Origin: a bacterium
Lineage (GTDB): Bacteria > Patescibacteriota > Minisyncoccia > Phycocordibacterales > DATDWN01
NCBI GenBank assembly: GCA_037134875.1
Contig: JBAXLH010000001.1
Location: forward strand, 5,322-69,321
Direction: 5' to 3'
DNA length: 64,000 nucleotides
Part shown: one piece after another, positions 48,746 to 59,902 of the stretch
Layout: the number at the start of each line of letters is the position of its first letter
Position numbering within the stretch: the first letter of the stretch is position 1
The notes under the pieces: model-generated
Databases searched by the model: none
What the model was told of the DNA's origin: nothing
Seen by the model: the letters and a program-made list of their open reading frames with translations, nothing else
Program-made: the position numbers and the translations under genes

Positions 48746-48858
48746 TACAATACCGCCTCTTTGGAACAATCCGGAGCAGGCGGTTTTCTTTTTGTAAAAA
48801 TTAAAGAAAATCTTGCAACTTCTCCAAAAATACGTAGTATTTTGACTGGAGAAAAAAC

Positions 48859-49479
48859 TTGCGATTCATCGAGTTCGAGCAATGGGGCTGGAACGCCGTT
48901 TCCATGAGCTTCATTGGGACGATTATATTCGGACTTATTTTTGGCTGGGGTTTGTACCAACAAATCCTCACCATCAAAAAATCCAATTCCGGGAAATCAA
49001 TCCCGATGGTAATGAGTGTCTATTTCGCATTTCATTTTTTTGCCTTTTCTGTGTACGGCTTTCGCATACACAGTCTAGCAATGATGCTCAATGGCACATT
49101 CGGATTTCTCTGGCTCGGCATTTATGTCTGTGCCAGCAGAAAAGTAGATAGTGACGGGAGGACCAATCTCGAATATCTGTTTGCTTTGATGCCTTTCATT
49201 ATGGCACTCGTCCCGAATCCATCTGTTTTTCTGAGTATTATGCTCGTCACAGCCAGTTTCTTTTTGCTCGACTCGCCAGTCGAAATCTTGCGCAAAAAAA
49301 GCGCCGGCTCGGTGGAGCCGAAACTGCTCTTTTGTTTTATGACAAGTGCTGTGTTCTGGCTGATCTACTCAGCATGCATTTCCGAGTGGCCACTGTTTAC
49401 AGCAAATGTCTTTGGTATTGTGATTATGATTATTACCTTGGTACTGTGGACAAAATACAAGTCCCCGTATCAAACCTAA
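48859..49479 (+). CDS. PQ-loop/SWEET-like membrane protein
   Basis: Two repeats (QILTIKKSNSGKSI and VEILRKKSAGSV), each followed by TMs. Confidence 0.6.
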   Translation: MRFIEFEQWGWNAVSMSFIGTIIFGLIFGWGLYQQILTIKKSNSGKSIPMVMSVYFAFHFFAFSVYGFRIHSLAMMLNGTFGFLWLGIYVCASRKVDSDGRTNLEYLFALMPFIMALVPNPSVFLSIMLVTASFFLLDSPVEILRKKSAGSVEPKLLFCFMTSAVFWLIYSACISEWPLFTANVFGIVIMIITLVLWTKYKSPYQT

Positions 49480-49568
49480 CCACGCCCCGTGGCACGTCCA
49501 CGTGGGTTTTTCTTTTATAGTATTTACAAAACATTATTTCTATGCTATTTTAGTCGCGGAGAAAAACC

Positions 49569-49970
49569 TTGAATCTCACTCAATTCGCAAAAGAGCCTAT
49601 TGTTTTTATAGTCGTAATTTTATTTTTTGTAGTAGTTTTCTTCGCACTCATCTTTATTCCCTTTCTGTGGAAAAAAGATACATCAAAGGCACGAGAAAAG
49701 GCCTTTCATATGGCGCAGAAAAAATGGTACATCAAAGACTATTTTCTGCACAAATCAGGAAGTGCTATACTTCTCATTTATAGTGAGGGTCAAAAAAGAG
49801 AGAAAATCAAACTCGTTTTTAGACCGCATCATCCGAGTATCAAAGCAATCAGAAACCTCTGGTATTTGGATATTGTGGAATTTGAATTTCAAGACAAGCC
49901 ACTTGAATGTGCACTTGAGTCAGAACTCTGCGCATACCTCAAGGTTAAGTCTAGTTATCATTTTTCTTAG
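49569..49970 (+). CDS. Hypothetical protein with N-terminal TM
   Basis: GGAG SD before TTG; 133 aa. Confidence 0.5.
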   Translation: MNLTQFAKEPIVFIVVILFFVVVFFALIFIPFLWKKDTSKAREKAFHMAQKKWYIKDYFLHKSGSAILLIYSEGQKREKIKLVFRPHHPSIKAIRNLWYLDIVEFEFQDKPLECALESELCAYLKVKSSYHFS

Positions 49971-50006
49971 TTCTTTCTTTGGTCGGTCTCCGGATCGGCT
50001 TTTTCT

Positions 50007-51062
50007 TTAGTTGCCGTACATTTGTTCCGTATATTGAAATATTTTTCCTGATATTGTTGATATAACATTTTCCAAACTAGAAAAATCTTTACCTTTTGTC
50101 ATAACGCAGATGAGATATGGATGATTTGGGTAGTACACAAGACCACAGTTGTGAAGTTCGCGTTTAATAACACTTCCATCAGTTGTCTTTGCGGTAAACT
50201 CTCCAAACTTTTGAGCTATGGTGATATTGTTTGGTATTCCACCAGAAAGACCTTTTGTAAAATCAGTTTGAGAAAGTAGTGCAAGAGCTTTTTCGGACAT
50301 CCGTGGGTCAAGATATGTTGCATTATAGAGAATTCTAAAGAAAAGAGAGTATGCATTGATTGTAATAAAATCCTTACCAATATCTATTTCATTGATACCT
50401 AAACTTTTGAAAAATTGACCTTGATAATCATAACTGCTCAAATTATTTAAATGCTGAACAAGGAGTGTGGCTGCATTATTGTCCGAATATTTTATCATAT
50501 GTTCAATAAGTTCCCCTATTGAATATTTCTGTCCTTTTTGTAGTTGAATCGGCGATAAAATATTTTCCTGCGCATTGAGATCAGTATTCTCATTATATAC
50601 AATTTCCTGATTCAATATAGCAGGATTCTCCTCAGCAAGTTTATAATACACAGTCATTATTGGAACCTTGAGAAGACTCGCTGGACTATATTTTTCGGAT
50701 GAATTGATACTGAAACCGGCTGCGGTTTTTTCGTCACGAAAATATACTGATGCTGTTTCTAAATTATTTTTTTGTACTTCATCATGTACAAAAGAGTTGA
50801 TGGATTGTTGCAAAGCAACATATTGTTTTGATGAAAAATTGTCCGGAATAGTGAGTCCAAGAAGAGGATCGACAAACTTGTAATTTGTCTTATTCAAGCT
50901 ACTCTCTCTCAGAGGATAAATTTTTTGTGTAGCACTTGGGGTGAAATACTGAATCAGAGGAAAAACAGCGAGACCTATCAAAAAACAGAGTATGCATGGA
51001 ATCCAAGATGATGCTCGTGGTTTTTTCTCCAAAACATTTTCGGTTATGTGGTGATGAGACAT
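50007..51062 (-). CDS. Class A beta-lactamase-related serine hydrolase
   Basis: PASLLK (SxxK), SDN, KFG. Confidence 0.85.
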   Translation of the reverse strand: MSHHHITENVLEKKPRASSWIPCILCFLIGLAVFPLIQYFTPSATQKIYPLRESSLNKTNYKFVDPLLGLTIPDNFSSKQYVALQQSINSFVHDEVQKNNLETASVYFRDEKTAAGFSINSSEKYSPASLLKVPIMTVYYKLAEENPAILNQEIVYNENTDLNAQENILSPIQLQKGQKYSIGELIEHMIKYSDNNAATLLVQHLNNLSSYDYQGQFFKSLGINEIDIGKDFITINAYSLFFRILYNATYLDPRMSEKALALLSQTDFTKGLSGGIPNNITIAQKFGEFTAKTTDGSVIKRELHNCGLVYYPNHPYLICVMTKGKDFSSLENVISTISGKIFQYTEQMYGN

Positions 51063-51136
51063 TAAAGTCTATATAAGTGTCCTTCTAAAAACTTCATTTA
51101 ATTGTATCAAATGTGCCAGATAACAAAAGGCCACCT

Positions 51137-51400
51137 CTACCCGAGATGGCCCGTAACATACAGTGCGGCGAGAGCGCCTACTACCGCACCGATGATGAAT
51201 TTCCAATGCTCGTCCCAAATCCAACTGAAAAACCGGCCGATCTGGCGACGAACACTATTGAAAATCGAGCTAACGGTACGACGGTACCACGCATGGCACC
51301 GTGCTCCGCCAACTCTCATAAGAAAATCGAGAACGACAATCGTGATCCCGATTATCAATATGAAATAGAAAAGAATTTGAAACAAATTCGGTTCACCCAT
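51137..51400 (-). CDS. Small membrane protein, hypothetical
   Basis: GGAG SD; two hydrophobic segments. Confidence 0.45.
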   Translation of the reverse strand: MGEPNLFQILFYFILIIGITIVVLDFLMRVGGARCHAWYRRTVSSIFNSVRRQIGRFFSWIWDEHWKFIIGAVVGALAALYVTGHLG

Positions 51401-51488
51401 TTATTATCTCCGCCTTATATTATACAGCATTTTGTGCCATATTGTCAAGTGTCACTGTTTTGTCCCCTCCGTGATACACTACATACAT

Positions 51489-52535
51489 ATGAGAATAGAA
51501 GAAGAGGTAAAACTTGATTATAAGGATGTTTTGATATGCCCAAAAAGGTCAACTCTGACGAGTCGAAAAGATGTCAACTTGTTGAGAACATTTAAATTCA
51601 AACACAGCAAAAGTGAGATCGAGGTACTCCCTATTATTTCGGCAAATATGGATGGAACAGGCACGATGCGCATGGCAAAAGCTTTTTTCCCGTACAAAAT
51701 GATGACAGCTCTACACAAACACTACACTGTCGCCGAATTGAAAAAGTTTTTTGATACAATTGGCGAAGAAAATTCAAAATATGTTTTTTATACGATTGGA
51801 CTCAGCGAAACTGATTTGGAAAAATTGGAAGAAGTTATAAAAAAATTGAAAAAAGATACAATCAAAAATATCTGTATTGATGTGGCAAACGGCTACACAG
51901 AACGATTTGTTGATTTTGTACGAAAAGTCAGAAACAAGTTTCCTGATAAAGTTATTATGGCTGGAAATGTTGTTACTCCTGAGATGACAGAACAGCTTAT
52001 TCTCTCTGGTGCCGATATTATCAAAGTCGGCATTGGACCTGGATCAGCGTGCCTCACACGGAGAGTGGCCGGCGTAGGATATCCCCAACTCTCGGCAGTC
52101 ATAGAATGTGCTGACGCAGCTCACGGCATCGGAGGCAGACTCTGTGCCGATGGGGGATGTGAAGTACCCGGAGACATTGCCAAGGCAATCGGCGGTGGTG
52201 CAGATTTTGTTATGCTCGGAGGAATGTTCGCGGGACACACGGAATCAGAAGCAAAAGTGTATACGAAAAATGGTCAGAAATTTATAAAATTTTACGGTTC
52301 ATCGTCAGAAGAAGCAATGAATAAACACAATGGCGGAATTTCGAGCTACCGAGCGAGTGAGGGTCGTGTTGTAGAAGTTCTCTACCGTGGTCCAGTCGAA
52401 AAAGAAATTCAGGACATTTTGGGAGGTCTCCGAAGTGCTTGCACATATGTTGGCGCAAGCGAGCTCCGAGAACTTTCCAAACGTACAACATTTATACGAG
52501 TCAATCGACAAATCAGTACGTATTGGGAAAAATAA
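51489..52535 (+). CDS. guaC: GMP reductase
   Basis: [54 protein letters not shown]. Confidence 0.93.
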   Translation: MRIEEEVKLDYKDVLICPKRSTLTSRKDVNLLRTFKFKHSKSEIEVLPIISANMDGTGTMRMAKAFFPYKMMTALHKHYTVAELKKFFDTIGEENSKYVFYTIGLSETDLEKLEEVIKKLKKDTIKNICIDVANGYTERFVDFVRKVRNKFPDKVIMAGNVVTPEMTEQLILSGADIIKVGIGPGSACLTRRVAGVGYPQLSAVIECADAAHGIGGRLCADGGCEVPGDIAKAIGGGADFVMLGGMFAGHTESEAKVYTKNGQKFIKFYGSSSEEAMNKHNGGISSYRASEGRVVEVLYRGPVEKEIQDILGGLRSACTYVGASELRELSKRTTFIRVNRQISTYWEK

Positions 52536-52922
52536 TTATTTTTTCTCTAAATCTAAACAAACAGAATTGATACAATATCGCTTACCTGTTGTTTCCTGTG
52601 GACCATCGTCGAACATATGACCGAGATGTGCACCACATTTTGAACACACAACTTCTGTTCTCTTTACATCGAGAGAATTGTCTGGGATATATTGAACAGA
52701 ACCCGGAATGGCATCATCAAAACTCGGCCAACCTGTCCCTGAATCAAATTTTGTGTCTGAGGAAAAGAGAGGGTTTCCACACGCCGAACATTTGTACACA
52801 CCTTCTGTTTTATCATCAATATATTTTCCACTAAAAGGCATCTCTGTTCCCTTTTGTCTCATAACACGATATTGTTCTGATGTTAAAACATCCTTCCAAT
52901 TTGTATTGTTGTCTGTGTTCAT
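52536..52922 (-). CDS. msrB: Methionine sulfoxide reductase B
   Basis: [27 protein letters not shown]. Confidence 0.95.
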   Translation of the reverse strand: MNTDNNTNWKDVLTSEQYRVMRQKGTEMPFSGKYIDDKTEGVYKCSACGNPLFSSDTKFDSGTGWPSFDDAIPGSVQYIPDNSLDVKRTEVVCSKCGAHLGHMFDDGPQETTGKRYCINSVCLDLEKK

Positions 52923-52926
52923 ATGT

Positions 52927-53478
52927 TTATTTTGATTTATTTTTTAAAAGTGTTGCAAACTCTTTTTGAACCTTTTCAAGCTTTGGATTTATGATGAGCT
53001 CACAATAGGCCGAATGTTTGTTCGTCTCATAAAAATTTTTGTGATAATTTTCTGCTGGATAAAATGTATCAAACGGTACGACCTCTGTCACAATTGGGTT
53101 ACCGAATTTATTTGAATCATTTAATTTTTTAATAAAAAGAGTTGCTTCATTTTTTTGCTCGTCACTCGTATAAAAAATCGCTGATCTATATTGTGTTCCA
53201 ATATCGCCCCCTTGTTTATTTAATGTTGTTGGATCATGTGAGCCAAAAAAGACAGTGAGTAAATCGCTAAATGAAATAATATTTGGGTCAAACTCAACAC
53301 GTACAGACTCTGCATGGCCAGTGCCACCAAGAGAAACTTCATCATATGTTGGCTCATCTGTTTTTCCTCCTGTATAGCCCGGCTCTACAGATATCACCCC
53401 TTGCAACATCTTGAAAACAGCTTCTGTACACCAAAAACATCCACCAGCAAACACAGCAAACTCCATTGTGTTATTCAT
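52927..53478 (-). CDS. msrA: Methionine sulfoxide reductase A
   Basis: GGCFWC, GHAE, GTQYRS, AENYH. Confidence 0.95.
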   Translation of the reverse strand: MNNTMEFAVFAGGCFWCTEAVFKMLQGVISVEPGYTGGKTDEPTYDEVSLGGTGHAESVRVEFDPNIISFSDLLTVFFGSHDPTTLNKQGGDIGTQYRSAIFYTSDEQKNEATLFIKKLNDSNKFGNPIVTEVVPFDTFYPAENYHKNFYETNKHSAYCELIINPKLEKVQKEFATLLKNKSK

Positions 53479-53505
53479 AAAAAAGAGAGTAAATTAAAAT
53501 TTATT

Positions 53506-54513
53506 TTATTGAATTTGCGTACTGGTAGATACGGCCATGGATGGAATATTATTTATACCAACTTTTGGGGCCTGATCCAAGATAATATGTGCCTCTTTTA
53601 TATCGCAAGCTGCATCATTAAGAATTGAATATGCGTCTTCCATCTGACCTGAATTATTTTTATCTATTGCCTGACCAATCTCGGCTTCTGCTTCACCAAG
53701 AAGACTTGAAATCACTTCGACATACCCCTGATCATAGCTCGGATTTTGCGACAAAATATTTCTTGTAGTATTTATATCTTCAACCAATGTTTTTTGGATA
53801 TCATCAATAGACACTTTATTTGTTTTTAAAACGCTTTCTTCGTCAGTTTTTCGTGTCTGGGATACTTCGTCTGCCATTCCAGATATATCTCGATAAAACG
53901 TACCCAATACACCACCTTGAGGTGTAGATGAACCAATATTGTGCATATTTTCTAGAATTTTTGAGTGAGCTTCAATAGCCGCCTCATAATCCAATCGAGC
54001 AGCGATTACAGCATCCGGTATACCAGCTTGTTCGGCATTTTTTATATGAAGAGAAAAATCTTCCATACTGTCGTTAATATTTTCTTTCAGATTAGTAGCA
54101 TCATCAACAACAAATTTTCCTTGCGATGCAAGTTCCTCTGCTTCTTGTAATCGACGCTTTGTTTTTTCCACTTCCCATCGAGCACGATCCATCTCATTAA
54201 ATATAAAACTGTCTCGTAAGGGTTCACTGACATTTATTTTTACAGAATAGAGCACATCTCCCGGAAGAGAATTCTCTGCCATAACCATACTACCGCCTGA
54301 TACAAAAGCTACACCACATAACGCAATTGTTGCATACAACACCCATGGTGACTTTGGATGAAAAAGGCGACCAAAAAAGGATCGGTGCATATATGGACTT
54401 GGAACATTTCCGATATTTTCTGAGATTCGCTCAAAAAGAAGGCTCTTTTCTGTTGGAGTCATTCGTACAGTGTGTATTTCGGATATTCTTTTTTTGATTT
54501 CTTTATCTTTCAT
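53506..54513 (-). CDS. DUF5667-like membrane protein, probable anti-sigma factor
   Basis: TM then AENSLPGDVLYSVK..RRLQEA; directly downstream of an ECF sigma. Confidence 0.65.
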   Translation of the reverse strand: MKDKEIKKRISEIHTVRMTPTEKSLLFERISENIGNVPSPYMHRSFFGRLFHPKSPWVLYATIALCGVAFVSGGSMVMAENSLPGDVLYSVKINVSEPLRDSFIFNEMDRARWEVEKTKRRLQEAEELASQGKFVVDDATNLKENINDSMEDFSLHIKNAEQAGIPDAVIAARLDYEAAIEAHSKILENMHNIGSSTPQGGVLGTFYRDISGMADEVSQTRKTDEESVLKTNKVSIDDIQKTLVEDINTTRNILSQNPSYDQGYVEVISSLLGEAEAEIGQAIDKNNSGQMEDAYSILNDAACDIKEAHIILDQAPKVGINNIPSMAVSTSTQIQ

Positions 54514-54518
54514 ATAAA

Positions 54519-55049
54519 TTATGCATCTTTTTTACTTCCCATTATATTTCGCAACTGTTCCATTCCCCTATTGATTCTAACCGATATAACATTTGGTGAT
54601 TCTCCCAGAATTTCGGCGATATCTTTTGGTTTGAGATTTTCAACAAATCTGTAATAGATTACCTGATGATATATTGGCTCTAGATCTTTAATTTTGTCTA
54701 TCACATACCTCGCTTCAGTCGATAAGTCGATGTCTTCTTTTGTATTATTATACACAGAGGAGAACAAATCGTCATTATCAACCTCCATCATACTATCAAG
54801 TGAAAAACTTTTCTTCTTTCTGTACCAGTCAATGACAAGATTTCTGGCTATGGTAAACAAGAAAGCTCGATCATTTTTCACATCTTTTTCTTTTATAAGA
54901 ACATCCCAAAAACGCACAAAAACGTCTTGAGTTATATCGAGAGCAACCTCTCGGTCCGATGTTCGTAGTAAACAATACCTAAAAATTGCGTCGGACTGGG
55001 CGTCGTACAACTCGGAAAACCTATTTTTTACGACATCCATCTTTTTCAT
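54519..55049 (-). CDS. ECF RNA polymerase sigma factor
   Basis: DITQDVF, FLFTIARNLVIDWYR, DIAEILG..VRINRG. Confidence 0.92.
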   Translation of the reverse strand: MKKMDVVKNRFSELYDAQSDAIFRYCLLRTSDREVALDITQDVFVRFWDVLIKEKDVKNDRAFLFTIARNLVIDWYRKKKSFSLDSMMEVDNDDLFSSVYNNTKEDIDLSTEARYVIDKIKDLEPIYHQVIYYRFVENLKPKDIAEILGESPNVISVRINRGMEQLRNIMGSKKDA

Positions 55050-55534
55050 GTATAGAGACGACTTAGAGGACCATATCTTACCAAATTAAAGAAAGTGTGT
55101 CTAATTGAAAAAAATGAAAATAATTTTGTAAGAAATAAATAATAAGCGCGTCTGAAGGTATACAAAGGTCGATGCATTGTACAATACACAATCATGTAAA
55201 ATAAATCACATAAATTACATATGAGTACAACAAATAGTTTCAAAAACTATACAAAGAAAGTGCCGATGAGCACATATGGGTATGCAAAGAAAAAATTTCT
55301 CTGGATACTCAATAACCAAAAAAAAGCTTTTCGTGTTACATACAACAATCAAAAGCAAAAAGTTAAAAGATATCTAAATAACATAAGGTATTCTATGACT
55401 TACATAAAACCAATATACAAAATGACAACTTCACCACCTTTTACATAGCAAGGCAACGAGCGAAATTATATCGCTCTCAATAACTAAATATAATGCCGCC
55501 AAAATAAAAAACTCAAAATATAATCTCTATTCTA

Positions 55535-55570
55535 AAAAGAAAACCCAACCTCGTGTTGGGTTTTCTTTTT
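55535..55570. terminator. Bidirectional terminator-like hairpin after ackA
   Basis: AAAAGAAAACCCAAC-CTCGT-GTTGGGTTTTCTTTT. Confidence 0.65.
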
Positions 55571-55573
55571 GTC

Positions 55574-56761
55574 TTAAACTAGAGGAATCTCTCGTGTCTC
55601 CTTGGCTATACAAGACATTTCTTCTGTTCTCAGCACAACAATTTTCACCTGTGAGTCAGTTTTACCTATTTCTGAGTCCGTACTGTGTATATTTTCATTC
55701 TCCTGTCTATCCAATATAATTCCCAGACCTTGAAGTCCTTCACAAATTCTCTCTCTTAGAATATGAGATCGCTCGCCTATTGTGCCAGAAAAAACAATCA
55801 TATCCACTCCACCAAGTACGACAATAGAAGAACCAATTTCTTTTTTTATTCTGTATTGAAACATATCAATTGCACGTTTTGCAAAGGGATTTCCTTTTTC
55901 CTCGAGTTTCAAAAGTTCTCGCAAGTCTGAGCTCAAGCCACTTACACCCAAAAGCCCAGATTGTTTATTGAAATACTGTTCTGATTCTTCTCCTGACATT
56001 TTGAGTCTCTTTTGTAAATAAATGACAGCTCCCGGATCTATATCTCCAACACGTGTTGCCATAACAGCACCCGACAGAGGTGTAAATCCCATTGTTGTGT
56101 CGATACTTTTTCCATTTTTTACTGCTGTAATACTAATACCACCACCAATGTGACAAAGAATAACCCTCTCAGGAATCTCATCATACATATTTTTTATTTT
56201 TTCAATGACAGATGAATGTGATATCCCGTGATAGCCATATTTAAACAGCTCAAACTTTTCTGTATCTTCCTTTGGAATTGCGTAATATTTTGCCATATCC
56301 GGAAGGTCTTTATGAAATTTGCTGTCAGAAATACCAACAACAGGAATATGTGAGAATATATGACCAATATGTTTTAATGTCTCCAGAACAGGAGTAATAT
56401 GGAGAGGTAAAATTGTTTCTGCTTTTTTTAAGTTTTCTTTATATGTATCATCTATAACTCTATTTGTCTGAAAATAGGTTCCTGGAGCGACAATACGAAG
56501 TCCAATCATCTGTATCTCAGATTTGTCTTCTATTATTTTTTCTGACAAGAATTCTCCGAGCACATACTCTATATTTTCCTCGAACTGATTTTTTGATATC
56601 GTCTTTTGTTTTTTATCCCCACTCTTTGAAAGAGTAGAAATAAATCCATCACCCTCACTCTCCAGATGCACCATACACAATTCTCTTTCACTCTCGTAGA
56701 GTGCCAATTTTTTTGACGTACTACCTGTATTTATAATTAAATATTTTTTTTCCATTGCCAT
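55574..56761 (-). CDS. ackA: Acetate kinase
   Basis: INTGSTSKK, YGYHGISH, DTTMGFTPL, SGLLGVSG. Confidence 0.9.
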   Translation of the reverse strand: MAMEKKYLIINTGSTSKKLALYESERELCMVHLESEGDGFISTLSKSGDKKQKTISKNQFEENIEYVLGEFLSEKIIEDKSEIQMIGLRIVAPGTYFQTNRVIDDTYKENLKKAETILPLHITPVLETLKHIGHIFSHIPVVGISDSKFHKDLPDMAKYYAIPKEDTEKFELFKYGYHGISHSSVIEKIKNMYDEIPERVILCHIGGGISITAVKNGKSIDTTMGFTPLSGAVMATRVGDIDPGAVIYLQKRLKMSGEESEQYFNKQSGLLGVSGLSSDLRELLKLEEKGNPFAKRAIDMFQYRIKKEIGSSIVVLGGVDMIVFSGTIGERSHILRERICEGLQGLGIILDRQENENIHSTDSEIGKTDSQVKIVVLRTEEMSCIAKETREIPLV

Positions 56762-59079
56762 GTTTCTATTTCCTCGGTATCAACGCCGTACTGTTTTACA
56801 TACTGGCGATGATCATCGATTTTTTGTTTATAAACCTTGATAAGCATACTTGCCTTCTCCGAATCCAAAACTCCTTCATCCCGCATCTTTTCAAATGTTT
56901 CAATTGCAAGATGATATCGACTTGTTTTGTTTCGCAAATGTAGATCAAATGGTGTTGTTGTCGAGCCATTTTCAATATATCCATGCACAGAAAATCTTCC
57001 TTTCATATTTTGTGCATCAAAGAGAGCTTGTTTGAGTGTCTCTGGATATCCGTGAAAATTGAATATAACTGGCCTGTCTTTTGTAAAATAATACTCGAGT
57101 GGAATGTTGTTTTCCTTGCTTCCAATCCCTGATGCATTAATTTCAAAAATATTTACAAATCGGACACGAATCTCTGGTGCTTCTTTTTTGACTATTTCAA
57201 TTGCTGCCAGCGACTCTTTTGTCAGATATTCACCAACTGCCGAGAAAACAATATGTGGGTCTTCTTCACTGGCAAACTCCCAAATCATAATTCCTTTATC
57301 GACATTTTCTCTGACAAGCTCCGGTGTGAGCCACCGAGCTTCTTGAGTTTTGCCAGCCACGATAATATTGACACAGTTTTTTGACTCCAAACTTTTCTTG
57401 AGAAGGGCAAGTGACATATTTCCGTCTGGCGGGAAAAAAGCTCGGATGAAATCTCCATGCATCTGGAGCATATTGTCAATGAATCCCGGATTTTGATGAG
57501 AAAATCCATTATGCTCCTGACGCCATCCCGAAGAAGTCAACACATAGTTGAACGACGGAATATCTTTTCGCCACGAAATATCCCGCGCAACACGGAGGAA
57601 TTTTACATACTGGTCTGCCATACTTGCCACGACTTGTATAAATGCCTCGTATGAAATAAAAACCATATTGCGTCCTGTGAGCACATACCCCTGGGCAATA
57701 CCTTGGAGAGAATGTTCGGAGAGCATTTCAATCACTCGCCCTGTGGATGACAAATCCTTGTCCCATTCTTTTATTGGACCGGCAAACACACGTGATGTTG
57801 TTTCAAAAACCTGATCTATTTTATTTGAATATGTTTCGTCTGGAGATAATATTCTGAAATTATTTCTGCCTTCATTTAGTCTGAACACTTCATTTAGATA
57901 CGCTCCTGTTCGTCGCATACAGCTAGAACCCACAAAACCTGGTGTCGGAACCTCTTCCATAAATTTCTCCGCTGTCGGCAAAATCAATTTGTCAGATTCT
58001 TTGTTGATTCCAAATGTATGTTTGTTGTCTCCCATTCGCAGGTGAGCAGGTGGTACGATATCACGGACATCAGAAACAAAACCACTTTCCTTTTGAAAAA
58101 GCTCGCCAAAGTTGTACGACTCCAACCATTTTTTGACCGCTTTAAATTCTTCTTTATCAGTCTTGGCCTCTGTACCAACAACTTGATGTGACAAACAGTT
58201 ACCCTCTATTTTTTTGCCTTTGAGTTTTTTGATACCTGTCCATCCTTTTGGAGTTTTGAGAATAATCATCGGATATCGCGGAAAATCATGCTTCAAATCA
58301 GCCTCATCAAATTCGTTTTTGATCTTTTGAATTTGTTCATAGCATTCATCCAGTGCTCGATACATTTTTTCATCAATCGTATTTCCTTCAACAATGATTG
58401 GCTTGTATCCATATCCAGTAAACAGAGCTTTGAGGTCTTTATTTGTCATTCTGCCAAATATCGTTGGGCCAGATATTTTGTATCCGTTGAGATGTAATAT
58501 TGGTAATACTGCACCATCCCTTTTTGGGCTCAAAAACTTGCTGAGATGCCAGGATGTAGCAAGTGGACCCGTCTCTGCCTCTCCATCGCCCACAAGGCAC
58601 GCTACAGTGAGCTCTGGGTTGTCTAGGACAGCACCAAAAGAGTTTGAGAGAGAATAACCGAGTTCACCTCCTTCCAAAATAACCCCTGGAGCTCCTGGAC
58701 TCGAGTGACTAGGAAAACCATACGGCCAACTGAAATTTCTGCAAATAAACCCTATTCCTTTTTCATCCACCGTTGCCTCTTTGTAGTACTTTCCAAGCGT
58801 TCCTTCCAAAAAAAGATTGGCCTGCACCGCCGGAAATCCATGACCTGGACCAAGCACAAACATCATCTCCGCATTTTTTCTTTTTATGAGACTGTTTAAA
58901 TGAGCATATGTAAAATTGATTCCTGGGCACGTCCCCCAGTGTCCGAGAAGTCTAGGTTTGATATCATCCTGAGTAAGTTTGTTTTCCAATAAAAAGTTAC
59001 TTTGTAAATATATCTGCGAAGCAGAAAGATAGTTTGCAGCACGCACATACTTTTGTATATTTTCAATCTCTTTTTCCAT
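56737..59079 (-). CDS. xfp: Phosphoketolase
   Basis: LLGHWGT, EGGELGY, GDGEAETG, HLNGYKI, HNGFSHQNPG. Confidence 0.93.
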   Translation of the reverse strand: MEKEIENIQKYVRAANYLSASQIYLQSNFLLENKLTQDDIKPRLLGHWGTCPGINFTYAHLNSLIKRKNAEMMFVLGPGHGFPAVQANLFLEGTLGKYYKEATVDEKGIGFICRNFSWPYGFPSHSSPGAPGVILEGGELGYSLSNSFGAVLDNPELTVACLVGDGEAETGPLATSWHLSKFLSPKRDGAVLPILHLNGYKISGPTIFGRMTNKDLKALFTGYGYKPIIVEGNTIDEKMYRALDECYEQIQKIKNEFDEADLKHDFPRYPMIILKTPKGWTGIKKLKGKKIEGNCLSHQVVGTEAKTDKEEFKAVKKWLESYNFGELFQKESGFVSDVRDIVPPAHLRMGDNKHTFGINKESDKLILPTAEKFMEEVPTPGFVGSSCMRRTGAYLNEVFRLNEGRNNFRILSPDETYSNKIDQVFETTSRVFAGPIKEWDKDLSSTGRVIEMLSEHSLQGIAQGYVLTGRNMVFISYEAFIQVVASMADQYVKFLRVARDISWRKDIPSFNYVLTSSGWRQEHNGFSHQNPGFIDNMLQMHGDFIRAFFPPDGNMSLALLKKSLESKNCVNIIVAGKTQEARWLTPELVRENVDKGIMIWEFASEEDPHIVFSAVGEYLTKESLAAIEIVKKEAPEIRVRFVNIFEINASGIGSKENNIPLEYYFTKDRPVIFNFHGYPETLKQALFDAQNMKGRFSVHGYIENGSTTTPFDLHLRNKTSRYHLAIETFEKMRDEGVLDSEKASMLIKVYKQKIDDHRQYVKQYGVDTEEIETWQWKKNI

Positions 59080-59135
59080 ACTGTCATTATACACGATTCA
59101 TTGTATTTTCAAACCATTTCATATACTATTTCTCT

Positions 59136-59885
59136 ATGAAAACTGTCGGAAAAATGGATGGAATAATGCTCTGCTCCCGCTATTCATTTGGACCAAATAG
59201 ACTTCATTATTGTGGTCCAGACGCAAATGCTGAACTCAAAAGCTACATAACAAGAAATCAAACTGACGGAGGGCTTTCTGTACTCCTCAAAAAATTTGAG
59301 ACACTGTATCCATATTTGTGCCATATTGCTAGAGCAAATAATATACAAGATCCGTTTGACACACGAGTTGTCGAAGCATATTGGATAGGAAACGAACTTT
59401 TGGATCATATTTCAAAAAATGATTTGCATACTTTTCTCATCGACGGAATTAGCACAAAGAAAAAAATGAAAAGTGGCGAGTGGAGATGGCTCGAGGAAAA
59501 AATTTCGCAGGGTGCAATGCCTCATCATTCATTTCATGTGCTCAATGTCTGGCAACAAACCGGACACAATGATTTTTTGGAAACTGTAAAACGAATGGAT
59601 GAATGCAGAATTAGCTCTGGCACGATCATAAGCACCAACGGACCAGCAGTGGTTGTTTCAACCGAGCCACTCATATATATGAACGGCAAACTTCTCCTCG
59701 GACCAACTATCACAAAAACAATTTATAGAAGTTTGGAATCTGAGTACGATATCGAGCAGATCAAACCCGGGGAAATAGTTTCAATCCACTGGAGTGTGCC
59801 GTGCGAAATTATTTCCAAAGAAAAAGCCGAGAGACTCCGCAAGTACACAATGCAAAATATCGCTTTTGCAAATCAAACTTTATAA
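59136..59885 (+). CDS. DUF6390-like protein (hydrogenase-associated)
   Basis: RYSFGPNRLHYCGP, RVVEAYWIGN, PHHSFHV, CRIS, VSIHW. Confidence 0.7.
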   Translation: MKTVGKMDGIMLCSRYSFGPNRLHYCGPDANAELKSYITRNQTDGGLSVLLKKFETLYPYLCHIARANNIQDPFDTRVVEAYWIGNELLDHISKNDLHTFLIDGISTKKKMKSGEWRWLEEKISQGAMPHHSFHVLNVWQQTGHNDFLETVKRMDECRISSGTIISTNGPAVVVSTEPLIYMNGKLLLGPTITKTIYRSLESEYDIEQIKPGEIVSIHWSVPCEIISKEKAERLRKYTMQNIAFANQTL

Positions 59886-59902
59886 GTGAATACGAAAACA
59901 CA

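Noticed and set aside
50007-51062. True beta-lactamase resistance gene
   Set aside because: KFG instead of KTG and no clear omega-loop Glu; only family-level similarity
55046-55448. ORFs in the AT-rich gap between the ECF sigma gene and ackA
   Set aside because: No motifs or RBS; cannot be supported
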